Below are positions 44,710-55,326 of a stretch of 64,000 nt of DNA, one piece after another. The stretch covers positions 1-64,000 of the forward strand of contig JBHIAV010000007.1 of the NCBI GenBank assembly GCA_046758745.1, read 5' to 3'. The stretch is from Gemmatimonadota bacterium. GTDB lineage: Bacteria; Gemmatimonadota; Gemmatimonadetes; Palauibacterales; Palauibacteraceae. A program made the translations under genes and the position numbers. The number at the start of each line of letters is the position of its first letter. Within the stretch, counting starts at the first letter, position 1. Below the pieces are notes generated by a model that was not told the origin of the DNA, ran no database searches, and was given only the letters and a program-made list of their open reading frames with translations.

Positions 44710-45630
44710 TCAACGGAGGCGTGGCATCGGGCTGGCCTCGATGGCCGCTCGCACCGTGTTGGAGTGAATCGTGACGGTGTCCTCGCCGCGCCACGCGTAT
44801 CCACCGGCCAGTAGGATGGCAGCGGGAACCCACGCCTTCGCAAGCCGCGACAACACGGTCTCGTCACGCCTGCGCAACCCCTCGATGGTGAGTCCCAGAC
44901 CGCCCAGCTGGTCGCCGTGATACGGGTCCGCGCCGGCCAGGTAAAAAGCGAGGTCCGGTCGGTGCGCCTCGAGGATGGCCGGAAGGTGCTCCTCGAGCAG
45001 AGCGACATACTCCTCGTCGCCCGTGCCGTCGGCCAGCCCCAGGTCGAGGTCGCCCGGTGGTTTGTAGCCGGGATAGTTCCTTTCCTGATGCATCGAGAAG
45101 GTGAAGACGGTCGCGTCATCCGAGAAGATGGCGGCGGTGCCGTTCCCGTGGTGCACATCGAGGTCGATCACAACGGCCCTCTCGGTCTCCCCTCCGCGCT
45201 GGAGAGCCTGCACGGCGATCGCCACGTCGTTGGCCGGGCAGAACCCCTCGCCATGCTCGGGGAACGCGTGGTGAAAGCCTCCGCCGAGGTGGACGGCGAC
45301 CCCCCGCTCGAGGGCGAGCCGACCGGTGAGGATCGAACCACCGGCGCACAGCCACACGGCGTCGCGGAGCGCCGGCGAATAGGGGACCTCGAGAGTGAGG
45401 AGCTCCGCAGGGGTGAAGTCGCCCGTCTGGAGCTTTCGGACATAGTCCGCCGTATGGACGAGGCGGAGCTCGGCATCGGTGGCGCGCGGAGCGCGGATGA
45501 GGTCGGACTCCTCGATGGCACCCTCCGCGAGTAGTCGCTCGCGGACGAGGCGGTATTTGGCGGTCGGGAAGACGTGCGCTCCGATGTCGACCTCGTACGC
45601 CTCGTGGAAGACGATGGGGACGCGGCTCAT
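44710..45630 (-). CDS. Histone deacetylase family protein
   Basis: H.FP..KY, GGFHHA, GEGFC..ND, DLDVHHGNG, GADP..GD.LG, GGY. Confidence 0.95.
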   Translation of the reverse strand: MSRVPIVFHEAYEVDIGAHVFPTAKYRLVRERLLAEGAIEESDLIRAPRATDAELRLVHTADYVRKLQTGDFTPAELLTLEVPYSPALRDAVWLCAGGSILTGRLALERGVAVHLGGGFHHAFPEHGEGFCPANDVAIAVQALQRGGETERAVVIDLDVHHGNGTAAIFSDDATVFTFSMHQERNYPGYKPPGDLDLGLADGTGDEEYVALLEEHLPAILEAHRPDLAFYLAGADPYHGDQLGGLGLTIEGLRRRDETVLSRLAKAWVPAAILLAGGYAWRGEDTVTIHSNTVRAAIEASPMPRLR

Positions 45631-45753
45631 CCGTCCGCCATCCGCCGGCGACGCGCCTTCCGGTTCCGGCCGCTCTTCACCGGTGAGGCCGGGTCGACAC
45701 GGCGTCGGCGTGGCCGGTGTCCATCACGAATCCCGGTTCGGTCGTGTCCAACC

Positions 45754-46935
45754 TCAGTTCGTCTGCACCAGTCGGTACACGCTACCGTTTCCGGAGAGGA
45801 TATACAGCTCGCCCCTCGAGTCCTCGCCGAACGAGAGGACATTGCCGACGTCGCCGATCTCCCACTCCCGTAGCTCCGTGGCGCTCACCCCGGAAAGCCG
45901 GAAGCTGCGCAACCACCCGGCGCAGAAGTCGGAATAGAAGTAGCGCCCGACAACGCCGGGCATCGCCGAGCCGCGGTACACGAGCCCGCCGGTGACCGAG
46001 CAGCCCTGGCCGTGGTCGTACTCGAGAACCGGGAGGGTCAGTCCGGCCCGGTCGCACGAGCCGCCGCTGAAGCAGCTCGTTCCTTCCATGATGTTCCATC
46101 CGTAGTTGACGCCGGCTAGGCCGGCCGCCACCGCGTTCACCTCCTCCAGGCTCGACTGCCCGACATCGGCGATGTACAGGACGTCGGCGGCGCGGTCGAA
46201 CGCAAAGCGCCACGGGTTGCGGAGCCCGTACGCCCAGATCTCACCGCGCGCCGCGGGGTCGCCGGCGAACGGATTGTCGGGCGGAATCGCGTAGGGGAAT
46301 CCACCGTCCACGTCGATGCGGAGCAGGGATCCGAGCAGGGTGGAGCGGTCCTGTCCGTGGCCCAGCGGATCCCCGCCGCCGCCTCCGTCCCCGAGCCCGA
46401 TGTACAGCATTCCGTCCTCACCGAACGTCACCTGCCCGCCGTTGTGGTTGCTGAACGGCTGCGCGACCTGAAGGATCAGGGCTGCCGAGCCGGGATCGGC
46501 CACACTCGGATCCGCGGTGACGGAGTAGCGCTCGACTCGGGTGGCGCCGCTCCGGTCCGTGTAGTCGACGTAGAAGAAGCCGTTGGAGGCGTAGCTCGGG
46601 TGAAAGGCGACGCTGAACAGGCCCTGCTCTCCGCCGGCGCTTCCCACCCGGTCGCGGATGTCGAGGAACGGGACCGTGAGCAGCTGGTCCCCCTCGACGA
46701 TCCGGATCGTCCCGGGGAGCTCCACGACGAAGAGCCGCGGGTCGCCCGGCGGTGCGGTGAGATGGACGGGGCTGCCGAGCCCGCTCGCCACGACCGTGAC
46801 GCCGAGCTCGAGGGCGGGCCCGGCCAGGGGGACCGTTGGACCGCCGTCGTCTCTCCCGCACGCCCAGGCGAGCGCCACGAGGAGCGCGACGGCGAGGGGA
46901 CCCGAAGTCCCGAACAGTTTGAGACCGGTGTTCAC
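45754..46935 (-). CDS. PQQ-dependent sugar dehydrogenase (glucose/sorbosone type) lipoprotein
   Basis: Lipobox AWAC; EQGL.SVAFHP, NHNGG, GDGG, G.LLRIDV, YGLRNPWR. Confidence 0.92.
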   Translation of the reverse strand: MNTGLKLFGTSGPLAVALLVALAWACGRDDGGPTVPLAGPALELGVTVVASGLGSPVHLTAPPGDPRLFVVELPGTIRIVEGDQLLTVPFLDIRDRVGSAGGEQGLFSVAFHPSYASNGFFYVDYTDRSGATRVERYSVTADPSVADPGSAALILQVAQPFSNHNGGQVTFGEDGMLYIGLGDGGGGGDPLGHGQDRSTLLGSLLRIDVDGGFPYAIPPDNPFAGDPAARGEIWAYGLRNPWRFAFDRAADVLYIADVGQSSLEEVNAVAAGLAGVNYGWNIMEGTSCFSGGSCDRAGLTLPVLEYDHGQGCSVTGGLVYRGSAMPGVVGRYFYSDFCAGWLRSFRLSGVSATELREWEIGDVGNVLSFGEDSRGELYILSGNGSVYRLVQTN

Positions 46936-46989
46936 TTTCTTGCCGCTGTGCGCAAATATAGCTGAAGACGCCCGAACGGTTATTCCCGG

Positions 46990-48582
46990 ATGGTGAATGC
47001 GTTCCGGGTCGACGGAAAGGGGGTTCGCAATTCCCGGTCCGCCCGGGAACCGAACCGCCGCCGGCGCATCGGGCTCCTCGTCGGAGCGGCGGGCTTCGTG
47101 GCCCTGCTCTTCACCGCTTCGCCCGCCGGGCTCGACTCCACCGGCTGGCGAACGGCCGCCGTGGCCACGCTCATGGCGACCTGGTGGGTGACCGAGGCCA
47201 TCCCCATCCCGGCCACGGCGCTCGTGCCGCTCGCCCTCTTTCCCCTGCTCGGCATCGGGAGCATCGACGTGGCGGCCGCCCCGTACGCCCACCCGATCAT
47301 CTTTCTCTTCCTCGGGGGTTTCATCGTTGCCCTCGCCATGGAGCGGTGGGGACTCCCGCGTCGGATCGCCCTGAACACGCTCCGCCGGCTCGGGACACGG
47401 CCCGCTGCGCTGGTCGCCGGCATGATGGCGAGCAGTGCGCTGCTAAGCATGTGGGTGAGCAACACGGCCACGGCGATGATCATGCTCCCGATCGGCCTGG
47501 CGGTGGTTGAGCTGTACGGGAGCGCGAAGGCGGCGGCGGAAGCCGGAGGCGCGGCGGCGAGGGCAGCGGGTGGTGGGAACGCGGATCCGGCGAGTCTCGC
47601 GTCCGGTGCGCAGGAGAGCGGCCCGAACTTCGGGATCGGGGTCATGCTCGGCGTGGCGTACGGCTGCTCCATCGGCGGGCTGGGAACGCTGATCGGCACC
47701 CCGCCGAACGCCTTCCTCGCCGCCTTCCTGGAGGAGAGCTACGGCGTGGAGATCGGCTTCGCCGAGTGGATGCTCGTCGGGTTCCCCCTCGTCTTGGTCG
47801 GCCTCCCCCTCACCCACCTGCTGCTGACCCGAGTGGTCTTTCCCCTCCCTTCGCAGCCGATTCCGGCCGCGTCCGAGCTTATCGCCGGAGAGATCCGAAA
47901 GCTCGGCGGCATGACGCGGCCCGAGCGGCGGGTGGCGGTCGTGTTCGTCGCCACGGCGCTCCTGTGGATCGCCCGGCCCCTCATCGCGAGGCATCTGCCC
48001 GGCCTCTCGGATGCCGGGATCGCCATGCTCGCGGCGCTGGCCCTCTTTCTCGTGCCCGCCGGGGCGGCACGGGGAGGTGCCCTCATGACCTGGGTGGCGG
48101 CGCGCCGGCTGCCGTGGGGGATGCTGGTTCTCTTCGGGGGAGGCCTGAGCCTGGCCTCCGCTTTCGGACGGACCGGCCTCACAGATTGGATCGGCGCCGG
48201 CGTGAGCTCGCTGGCGGCCTGGCCGGTGGTGCTGGTGGTCCTGGCGTCGGCCGGCCTCGTCATCTTCCTCACCGAGCTCACCAGCAACACCGCGACGGCG
48301 GCGGCCTTCCTGCCGGTCCTCGGCGCGGTGGCGGTCGGCATGGGCGAGAGCCCCCTGCTCCTCGCCGTGCCGGCGGCCCTGGCGGCCAGCTGCGCGTTTA
48401 TGCTCCCGGTGGCCACGCCGCCGAACGCGATCGTGTACGGGAGCGGGCTCGTCACGATCCCGCACATGGCCCGGGCGGGTCTGCTGCTGAACCTTCTCTT
48501 CCTGCTGCTGGTCACCGCGGCGGCGCGGCTCCTCCTGCCGTTCGTGTTCGGGGTCGCCCTGGCCGCCGGGGGCGGGCCGTAG
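46990..48582 (+). CDS. SLC13/DASS sodium:anion symporter
   Basis: W.TEAIP, SMWVSNTAT, IGTPPN, TE.TSNTAT, FMLPVATPPNA. Confidence 0.94.
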   Translation: MVNAFRVDGKGVRNSRSAREPNRRRRIGLLVGAAGFVALLFTASPAGLDSTGWRTAAVATLMATWWVTEAIPIPATALVPLALFPLLGIGSIDVAAAPYAHPIIFLFLGGFIVALAMERWGLPRRIALNTLRRLGTRPAALVAGMMASSALLSMWVSNTATAMIMLPIGLAVVELYGSAKAAAEAGGAAARAAGGGNADPASLASGAQESGPNFGIGVMLGVAYGCSIGGLGTLIGTPPNAFLAAFLEESYGVEIGFAEWMLVGFPLVLVGLPLTHLLLTRVVFPLPSQPIPAASELIAGEIRKLGGMTRPERRVAVVFVATALLWIARPLIARHLPGLSDAGIAMLAALALFLVPAGAARGGALMTWVAARRLPWGMLVLFGGGLSLASAFGRTGLTDWIGAGVSSLAAWPVVLVVLASAGLVIFLTELTSNTATAAAFLPVLGAVAVGMGESPLLLAVPAALAASCAFMLPVATPPNAIVYGSGLVTIPHMARAGLLLNLLFLLLVTAAARLLLPFVFGVALAAGGGP

Positions 48583-48718
48583 ACCGGCGCGAGCGTCTCG
48601 GGCCAGGAGCTCTGCCGCCTGCTGTGGGAGGAGCGCGAGCAACCGCTGGCTGGAGGGCGATGTCCGGGCAGCGTCCCCACGGCCGAGGGATGGGGCCTTA
48701 CGTTGTCCTAGGGAACAG

Positions 48719-48749
48719 TTGATTGTATTCTAATTTGTTGTGGTATAAA
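48719..48749 (+). promoter_or_regulatory. AT-rich promoter with extended -10 (TG-n-TATAAA) for the rpmE-prfA-prmC operon
   Basis: AT island in GC-rich DNA; TGGTATAAA at 48741-49. Confidence 0.45.
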
Positions 48750-48818
48750 GCCGGGCCCACGATGCCGCCCGGACAGCGAGCGATCCTGACGCGATGGAAC
48801 CGAAGGCCGGAGCCTGAG

Positions 48819-49061
48819 ATGAAGGCCGGGATTCATCCCGAATACAAGCCGACGAGGATCACCTGCGCATGTGGGCGGGTGACCGAAACCTACGCCACGG
48901 TGGACGAGCTGCACGTGGAGATCTGCTCACACTGCCATCCCTTCTTCACCGGGCGCCAGAAGCTGGTCGACACGGCGGGCCGGGTGGAGCGCTTCCGGGC
49001 CAAGTACGCCGCCGCGGAGACCCTCGAAGAGTCCGAGGAGGCGGCCGCCGCCGGCGAGTAA
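48819..49061 (+). CDS. rpmE: 50S ribosomal protein L31 (zinc-binding type)
   Basis: [36 protein letters not shown]. Confidence 0.97.
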   Translation: MKAGIHPEYKPTRITCACGRVTETYATVDELHVEICSHCHPFFTGRQKLVDTAGRVERFRAKYAAAETLEESEEAAAAGE

Positions 49062-49107
49062 CGCGCTCCGACCTCCGGGTGTATCCTTCCTCCTTCGAAG
49101 CACTCCG

Positions 49108-50196
<1,089 letters not shown>

Positions 50197-50299
50197 GGCA
50201 GCCGACCGGATTTCCGAGAGGGCCCGCATGGGCCACACGCACGGCGGGCCCGATCCCGGCGGGGTCACCAGGCCCGGTGGCGGAGGCCGGACGGGCCGG

Positions 50300-51337
50300 A
50301 TGAGCGAGGCGGCGGGAGGGACCGCGGGCCGTGGGATCGCGCCGCCGCCCGCTCCGACGCGGCGGGAGGCCGTGCTGGGGCTCGCCGAGGAGCTGGGCTC
50401 GGCCGGCGTGGAGAGCGCGCGGCTGGAAGCCGAGCGCCTGGTGTGTCACGCGCTGGGAATCGATCGGGCCGAGCTGGCGCTCACGGGCGCAGAGCGACTG
50501 ACGCCCGAGGAGGCGGGACGGCTGGCGCGCGCCGTGGGCCGCAGGCTCTCCGGCGAGCCGCTGCAGCACATCGAGGGAACCGTGGCCTTCCGCCAGCTCG
50601 TCCTCGCGGCCGACCGACGCGCGCTCATCCCGCGCCCGGAGACCGAGCAGCTGGTCGATCTCGTGGCCGCGTGGGGGGCGAGGCGGAGCCGGCAGCGAGC
50701 CGGAGGCGGCGAGAGCGCGGTCCGCGTGGTGCGACGGCCCATGACGGATCCGGCAGGCGGTTTCAGGGAAGCGGACCCGTCGAGCGGACGGAGGAAGCGT
50801 GCGCTCGTGGGCTGTGCCCTCGACATCGGGACCGGCTCGGGCGCGATCGCGCTCTCGCTCGCCGTCGAGGGGATCGCCGCCCGGGTGGTGGCGACCGATG
50901 TCTCCGGCGAGGCGCTCGAGCAGGCGGCCGAGAACCGGGCCCGCCTGCCTCCCGAAGTGGCGGAGCGGGTAGAGCTGCGGAGATCGGCGGGGCCCGTGTG
51001 GGAGCCGGTGCGTCCCGGTGAGCGGTTCGACCTCATCGTCTCCAACCCGCCGTACGTGACGGACCGGGAGCTGGAAGAGCTTCCGCCCGACGTGGGAGAC
51101 CATGAGCCGCGGGAGGCGCTGGCCGGCGGGCCCGACGGCCTGGAGGTGCTCCGGGAAATCGTGGCCGAGGCGGCCCGGCACCTGAAGCCGGGCGGGGCGC
51201 TCTTCCTCGAGATCGGCCCCGCACAGGGAGAGGCTGTTCGGCGACTGCTCGAGGCGACCGGACGGTGGCGTCGGGTGGAGGTGGAACCCGACCTTACGGG
51301 ACGCGACCGGTTCGTCCGAGCGGAGCCTGCCTTCTGA
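50300..51337 (+). CDS. prmC: Release factor glutamine methyltransferase
   Basis: GEPLQHI, LIPRPETE, DIGTGSG, SNPPY; follows prfA; start 50300 or 50228. Confidence 0.95.
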   Translation: MSEAAGGTAGRGIAPPPAPTRREAVLGLAEELGSAGVESARLEAERLVCHALGIDRAELALTGAERLTPEEAGRLARAVGRRLSGEPLQHIEGTVAFRQLVLAADRRALIPRPETEQLVDLVAAWGARRSRQRAGGGESAVRVVRRPMTDPAGGFREADPSSGRRKRALVGCALDIGTGSGAIALSLAVEGIAARVVATDVSGEALEQAAENRARLPPEVAERVELRRSAGPVWEPVRPGERFDLIVSNPPYVTDRELEELPPDVGDHEPREALAGGPDGLEVLREIVAEAARHLKPGGALFLEIGPAQGEAVRRLLEATGRWRRVEVEPDLTGRDRFVRAEPAF

Positions 51338-51604
51338 GCCCGCATTCGGATGGCGTGAGAGATCGCCTGGTCCCCGCAGGCCGCCAGTAGGGAAGGGGCA
51401 GGGAGGGGTGGGGCGCTGCCGCGCCCGGGTCGTCCAGGCAGGCGGTTCGCGTTGGCTCCTGGCTCTCCCTATATTGATTGGTCGATTGTTCGAGTATGTT
51501 CAGAGGAGCCGCTCCCGGGGCTCCTTTTCGCATCTGGCGTTCGGTGATGCCCGGTGCAGCCCGGGTAGAGCGCGCCTCCGTCCCTCACGGCAAGGCGGAA
51601 CGGC

Positions 51605-51985
51605 ATGGTGATCGACCCGACGGATCGGGAGCGTATCTTCGAGAAGGCCAGCGAGGTCGGGCGGCTTCTCTCCCAGACCCCGGAGTACGCATACCTCAAG
51701 GCGGCGCACCGGGAGATCGGAAGCGACCGGGAAGCGACGGAGATGCTGAACCGCATGCGAGACCTGCAGGAGCGGATCCTCGGCGCCCTGGATCGAGGAG
51801 AGGAGCCGGCCAGGGAGCTGCGGGACGAGCTCGCCGACCTGAGCGAGAAGGTTCAGCGCAGCGTGCGGTACCAGTCACTGATCTCGGCCCAGGCGAACTT
51901 CGACAAGCTGATGGACAAGGTACACGAGGCGATCGGAAAGGGCATCAAGACCGGCGAGGAGAGCCGCATCATCCTCCCCACGTGA
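51605..51985 (+). CDS. YlbF/YmcA-like helical regulator
   Basis: I.EKA.E.GR.L..TPEY..LK.A pattern; all-helical 126 aa. Confidence 0.75.
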   Translation: MVIDPTDRERIFEKASEVGRLLSQTPEYAYLKAAHREIGSDREATEMLNRMRDLQERILGALDRGEEPARELRDELADLSEKVQRSVRYQSLISAQANFDKLMDKVHEAIGKGIKTGEESRIILPT

Positions 51986-51989
51986 CTCG

Positions 51990-52724
51990 GTGCCACCCTC
52001 CGAAGTGGACGATCCGCACTTGCTGAAGGCGATCCGACAGCTGCTCGAGCGCGGGCTTCGCACCGGCGTCGAGCCGGCGATCGCCGCCTTCACCGGGTGG
52101 CGGGTCCACCCCAACATCCTGAGCACGGTCGGCTTCCTCATCACGAGCGCCTCAGGGTACTTCTTTCATCAGCACCACGTACGCACCGCGGGAGCGCTGA
52201 TTCTTCTCGGAGGGGTGTTCGACCTGTTCGATGGAAGCGTCGCCCGGCGGACGGGCCTGGCGTCCCCTTTCGGAGCGTTTTACGACTCGACGCTCGACCG
52301 CTTGTCCGAGATCATCGTGTACGTCGGCCTGCTTTCGCTGTACAACGACTACCGGCTGGTGCTCGGCGACGTCGGAATGATCTACGCGGTCATGCTGGCC
52401 ATGGCGGGCTCGATCATGATCAGCTACACGCGGGCGCGCGCCGAGGCCCTCGCCATCGACTGCACGGTGGGTCTCATGCAGCGGGCGGAGCGGGTGATCC
52501 TCATCGGAACCGCGGCGCTCCTCTTCGGCGAGGAAGGGCAGGGGATCGTTCTCAAGGTGGTGATCGTGAGCCTCGCCATCCTCACCAACTTCACGGTCCT
52601 CCAGCGAATCTGGTGGGTGTATCGGCATACCCGCCCGGTTGGCGTCGCCGTGGGTGATGCAGTGCCGAAAGAGCCGGCGGGCGCACCGGCCGCTGAACTC
52701 GGACCCGCCGGTTCGAGCAGCTGA
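51990..52724 (+). CDS. CDP-alcohol phosphatidyltransferase (PIP-synthase-like)
   Basis: PN.LS..G; D.FDG..ARR.G..S.FGA.YDS.LDR..E; SY.RAR.E; G...R.ER. Confidence 0.92.
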   Translation: MPPSEVDDPHLLKAIRQLLERGLRTGVEPAIAAFTGWRVHPNILSTVGFLITSASGYFFHQHHVRTAGALILLGGVFDLFDGSVARRTGLASPFGAFYDSTLDRLSEIIVYVGLLSLYNDYRLVLGDVGMIYAVMLAMAGSIMISYTRARAEALAIDCTVGLMQRAERVILIGTAALLFGEEGQGIVLKVVIVSLAILTNFTVLQRIWWVYRHTRPVGVAVGDAVPKEPAGAPAAELGPAGSSS

Positions 52725-52761
52725 GCTACAGTGGTGATGGGCTGCAAAGAGGTATAGAGGC

Positions 52762-54096
52762 ATGTCAATCAGCCAGCGGGAAGGATGGAGGGGACGGGAG
52801 ATCCGGCCGGCCGAAGGCCGGCTGGGCGTGCTGGTCGTCGGACTCGGCGCGGTGTCGACGACGTTCATAGCGGGGGTGGAAGTGGTCCGTCGCGGGCTCA
52901 GCCAGCCGATCGGTTCGCTCACTCAGATGAACACGGTGAGGCTCGGGAGGCGGACGGAGGGCCGGACACCGCTCATAAAAGAGCTGGTGCCGCTCGCCGA
53001 CCTCGAAGATCTGGTCTTCGGCGCGTGGGATCCGATCCCCGATGACGCGCTGCGCTCGGCCCAGGTAGCGGGAGTGCTGCAGGCGCGCGATCTGGATCCG
53101 GTCGCCGACTTCCTCCGCGGCATCGCGCCGATGCCGGCCGTGTTCGACAAAGCTTATGTGAGGAAGCTGGACGGGGAGAACGTCAAGACGGGCGCCAACA
53201 AGATGGAGCTGGCCGACCAGCTCCGCTCGGACATCGGCCGGTTCAAGGCCGAGAGCGGGTGTGACCGTCTCGTCATGGTTTGGTGTGCCTCGACCGAGGT
53301 CTTCATGAGGCCGCATCCGGTCCACGAGACGGTCGAGTCGTTCGAGCGAGCCCTACGCGACAGCCACGAGGCGATCGCGCCGTCGATGATCTACGCCTAC
53401 GCCTCCCTGATGGAGGGCGTACCGTTCGCGAACGGGGCGCCCAACCTCACGGTCGATACGCCGGCCCTCACGGAGCTGGCGAAGAGAGAACGGGTGCCGA
53501 TCGCCGGCAAGGATTTCAAGACGGGGCAGACGCTGATGAAGACGATCGTCGCGCCCGGCCTCAAAGCCCGCATGCTGGGACTCCGGGGCTGGTTCTCGAC
53601 GAACATCCTGGGCAACAGGGACGGGGCGGTGCTCGACGATCCCGAGAGCTTCAAGACGAAGGAGGAGTCGAAGCTCGGCGTGCTGGAGTACATCCTTCAG
53701 CCCCACATCTACCCGGAGCTGTACCGGGACTTCTACCACAAGGTCCGCATCAACTACTATCCGCCGCGCGGAGATGACAAGGAGGGTTGGGACAACATCG
53801 ACATCTTCGGGTGGCTCGGCTACCCGATGCAGATCAAGGTGGACTTCCTGTGCAAGGACTCCATCCTCGCCGCGCCCATCGTGCTGGATCTCGCCCTCTT
53901 CCTGGACCTCGCTCAGCGCGCCGGGATGAGCGGGATCCAGGAATGGCTCTCCTTCTACTTCAAGAGCCCGCAGGTCTCGCCCGAGCTGTACCCGGAGCAC
54001 GACCTCTTTATCCAGCACTGGAAGCTGAAGAACACGCTCCGCTGGATGGCCGGGGAGGAGCAGATCACCCATCTGGGAGTCGAGTACTACGACTGA
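52762..54096 (+). CDS. ino1: myo-inositol-1-phosphate synthase
   Basis: GLGAVSTT, WC.STE, NGAP, GKDFKTGQT..K, N.LGN.DG, D.KE.WD, DS.LAAP..LD. Confidence 0.95.
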   Translation: MSISQREGWRGREIRPAEGRLGVLVVGLGAVSTTFIAGVEVVRRGLSQPIGSLTQMNTVRLGRRTEGRTPLIKELVPLADLEDLVFGAWDPIPDDALRSAQVAGVLQARDLDPVADFLRGIAPMPAVFDKAYVRKLDGENVKTGANKMELADQLRSDIGRFKAESGCDRLVMVWCASTEVFMRPHPVHETVESFERALRDSHEAIAPSMIYAYASLMEGVPFANGAPNLTVDTPALTELAKRERVPIAGKDFKTGQTLMKTIVAPGLKARMLGLRGWFSTNILGNRDGAVLDDPESFKTKEESKLGVLEYILQPHIYPELYRDFYHKVRINYYPPRGDDKEGWDNIDIFGWLGYPMQIKVDFLCKDSILAAPIVLDLALFLDLAQRAGMSGIQEWLSFYFKSPQVSPELYPEHDLFIQHWKLKNTLRWMAGEEQITHLGVEYYD

Positions 54097-54138
54097 CCAC
54101 CCTCGGCCTTTCTCTCCGGTCCATCAGACGACCCTACC

Positions 54139-54780
54139 GTGAGGGGTGACCGGCGCGGCCTCTTCCTCGTCTTCGAGGGGGTGGAGGGGGCTGGGAAGTC
54201 GACGCAGGTACAGAGGCTCGTGGCTCGACTCGAGGAGCGGAGGATCTCCTACCTCCTCGTGCGCGAGCCCGGCGGGACGCCGGCTGGAGAGCGGATCCGT
54301 CAGATCGTGCTGGATCCCGAGCTCTCGATGTGCGCGGAGACGGAGCTCCTCCTATACCTGGCGGCCCGCGCCCAGTTCGTCCGCCAGCTCGTGCAGCCGG
54401 CGCTCGAGCGCGGTGAGCTGGTGATCGCGGACCGATACGAACTCTCCACGTTCGCCTATCAGGGGGTCGGTCGGGGGCTCGGTGTGGAAAGGGCGCGAGA
54501 GCTCAACGCGTTCGCCACGGGCGGGCTGAAGCCTGACGCGATCATCCTCTTGACGGTCGAGCCTGAAGCCGGGCTCGCGCGGAAGAACTCCGAGATGGAT
54601 CGGCTGGAGCGGGAACGATCGGCCTTTCACCGCACGGTGGCCAAGGCGTACCGACAGCTCGCCGCGACGGAGCCGAGCGTCATCGTGATCGATAGTGGTG
54701 CTCCGACGGAGGAGGTGACCGACCGAATCTGGGTGGAGCTGTGCGAGCGTTGGCCGGAGCGCTTCGAGCCGGGCGGCTGA
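54139..54780 (+). CDS. tmk: Thymidylate kinase
   Basis: FEGVEGAGKSTQ, REPGGT, DRY..ST.AYQG.GRG, PD. Confidence 0.96.
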   Translation: MRGDRRGLFLVFEGVEGAGKSTQVQRLVARLEERRISYLLVREPGGTPAGERIRQIVLDPELSMCAETELLLYLAARAQFVRQLVQPALERGELVIADRYELSTFAYQGVGRGLGVERARELNAFATGGLKPDAIILLTVEPEAGLARKNSEMDRLERERSAFHRTVAKAYRQLAATEPSVIVIDSGAPTEEVTDRIWVELCERWPERFEPGG

Positions 54781-54886
54781 AACTTTTTCCCCGCTTGACA
54801 GTTAACAGGTAGGGCACGGTTCGGCGGCGGTGCGCTGGGCGGCGGATGATCGGCGGCTCGGCCGCCATCCAGGTAGCGGAGGATGG

Positions 54887-55204
54887 ATGAGATCGAGACG
54901 CGCGTGGGTACCGGCTCCGGTGGTAGGCGTCACCGCCCTGGCGAGCGGTGGTTGGCTTCTCCAGCGGGGCGGCTCGGTCTCCGACGGCGTCCTCTTTCAG
55001 GCGCAGCTTTTCCAGGCGGTCCACCGCTACGTGGCGGATCGCTGCATCGAGCGGATCGCCGAGGGGCTGTTCGGAAGCACTCCTAGAGCCGTGATTCCCG
55101 GATCCTCGGCCAGGACGCGAAGGCCGACTCCGCCGTAGCTGCGCGAGGAGCGCACGCTCCCCGCCCGCGGGGTGATCGACGTGGAGGCGCGGCGCTTGCA
55201 TGTG
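54887..55204 (+). pseudogene. Internally deleted remnant of a second S41 peptidase gene
   Basis: First ~55 aa align to the N-terminus of the neighbouring S41 (GGWLLQ vs GGWFLQ; LF.A.L...VHR.V..R..E.I), then jumps to RIAEGLFG resembling its C-terminal QIANAAFG. Confidence 0.7.
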
Positions 55205-55326
55205 ATGGGCCCGGCATCCGCAGTGCCCGCCTCGGGCCGGCTTTTGCGGTTTCGCGGGCCCAGCTACATTTGGCGGGTCGTAAGCGCATGAAACAGATAG
55301 ACGAACGACGCCAATTCGGAGGAAGG

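Noticed and set aside
52050-52120. tRNA-like stretch on the minus strand (CCGGCTCGACGCCGG)
   Set aside because: Inside the CDP-alcohol transferase CDS; lacks TTC in the T-loop, a proper acceptor stem and CCA
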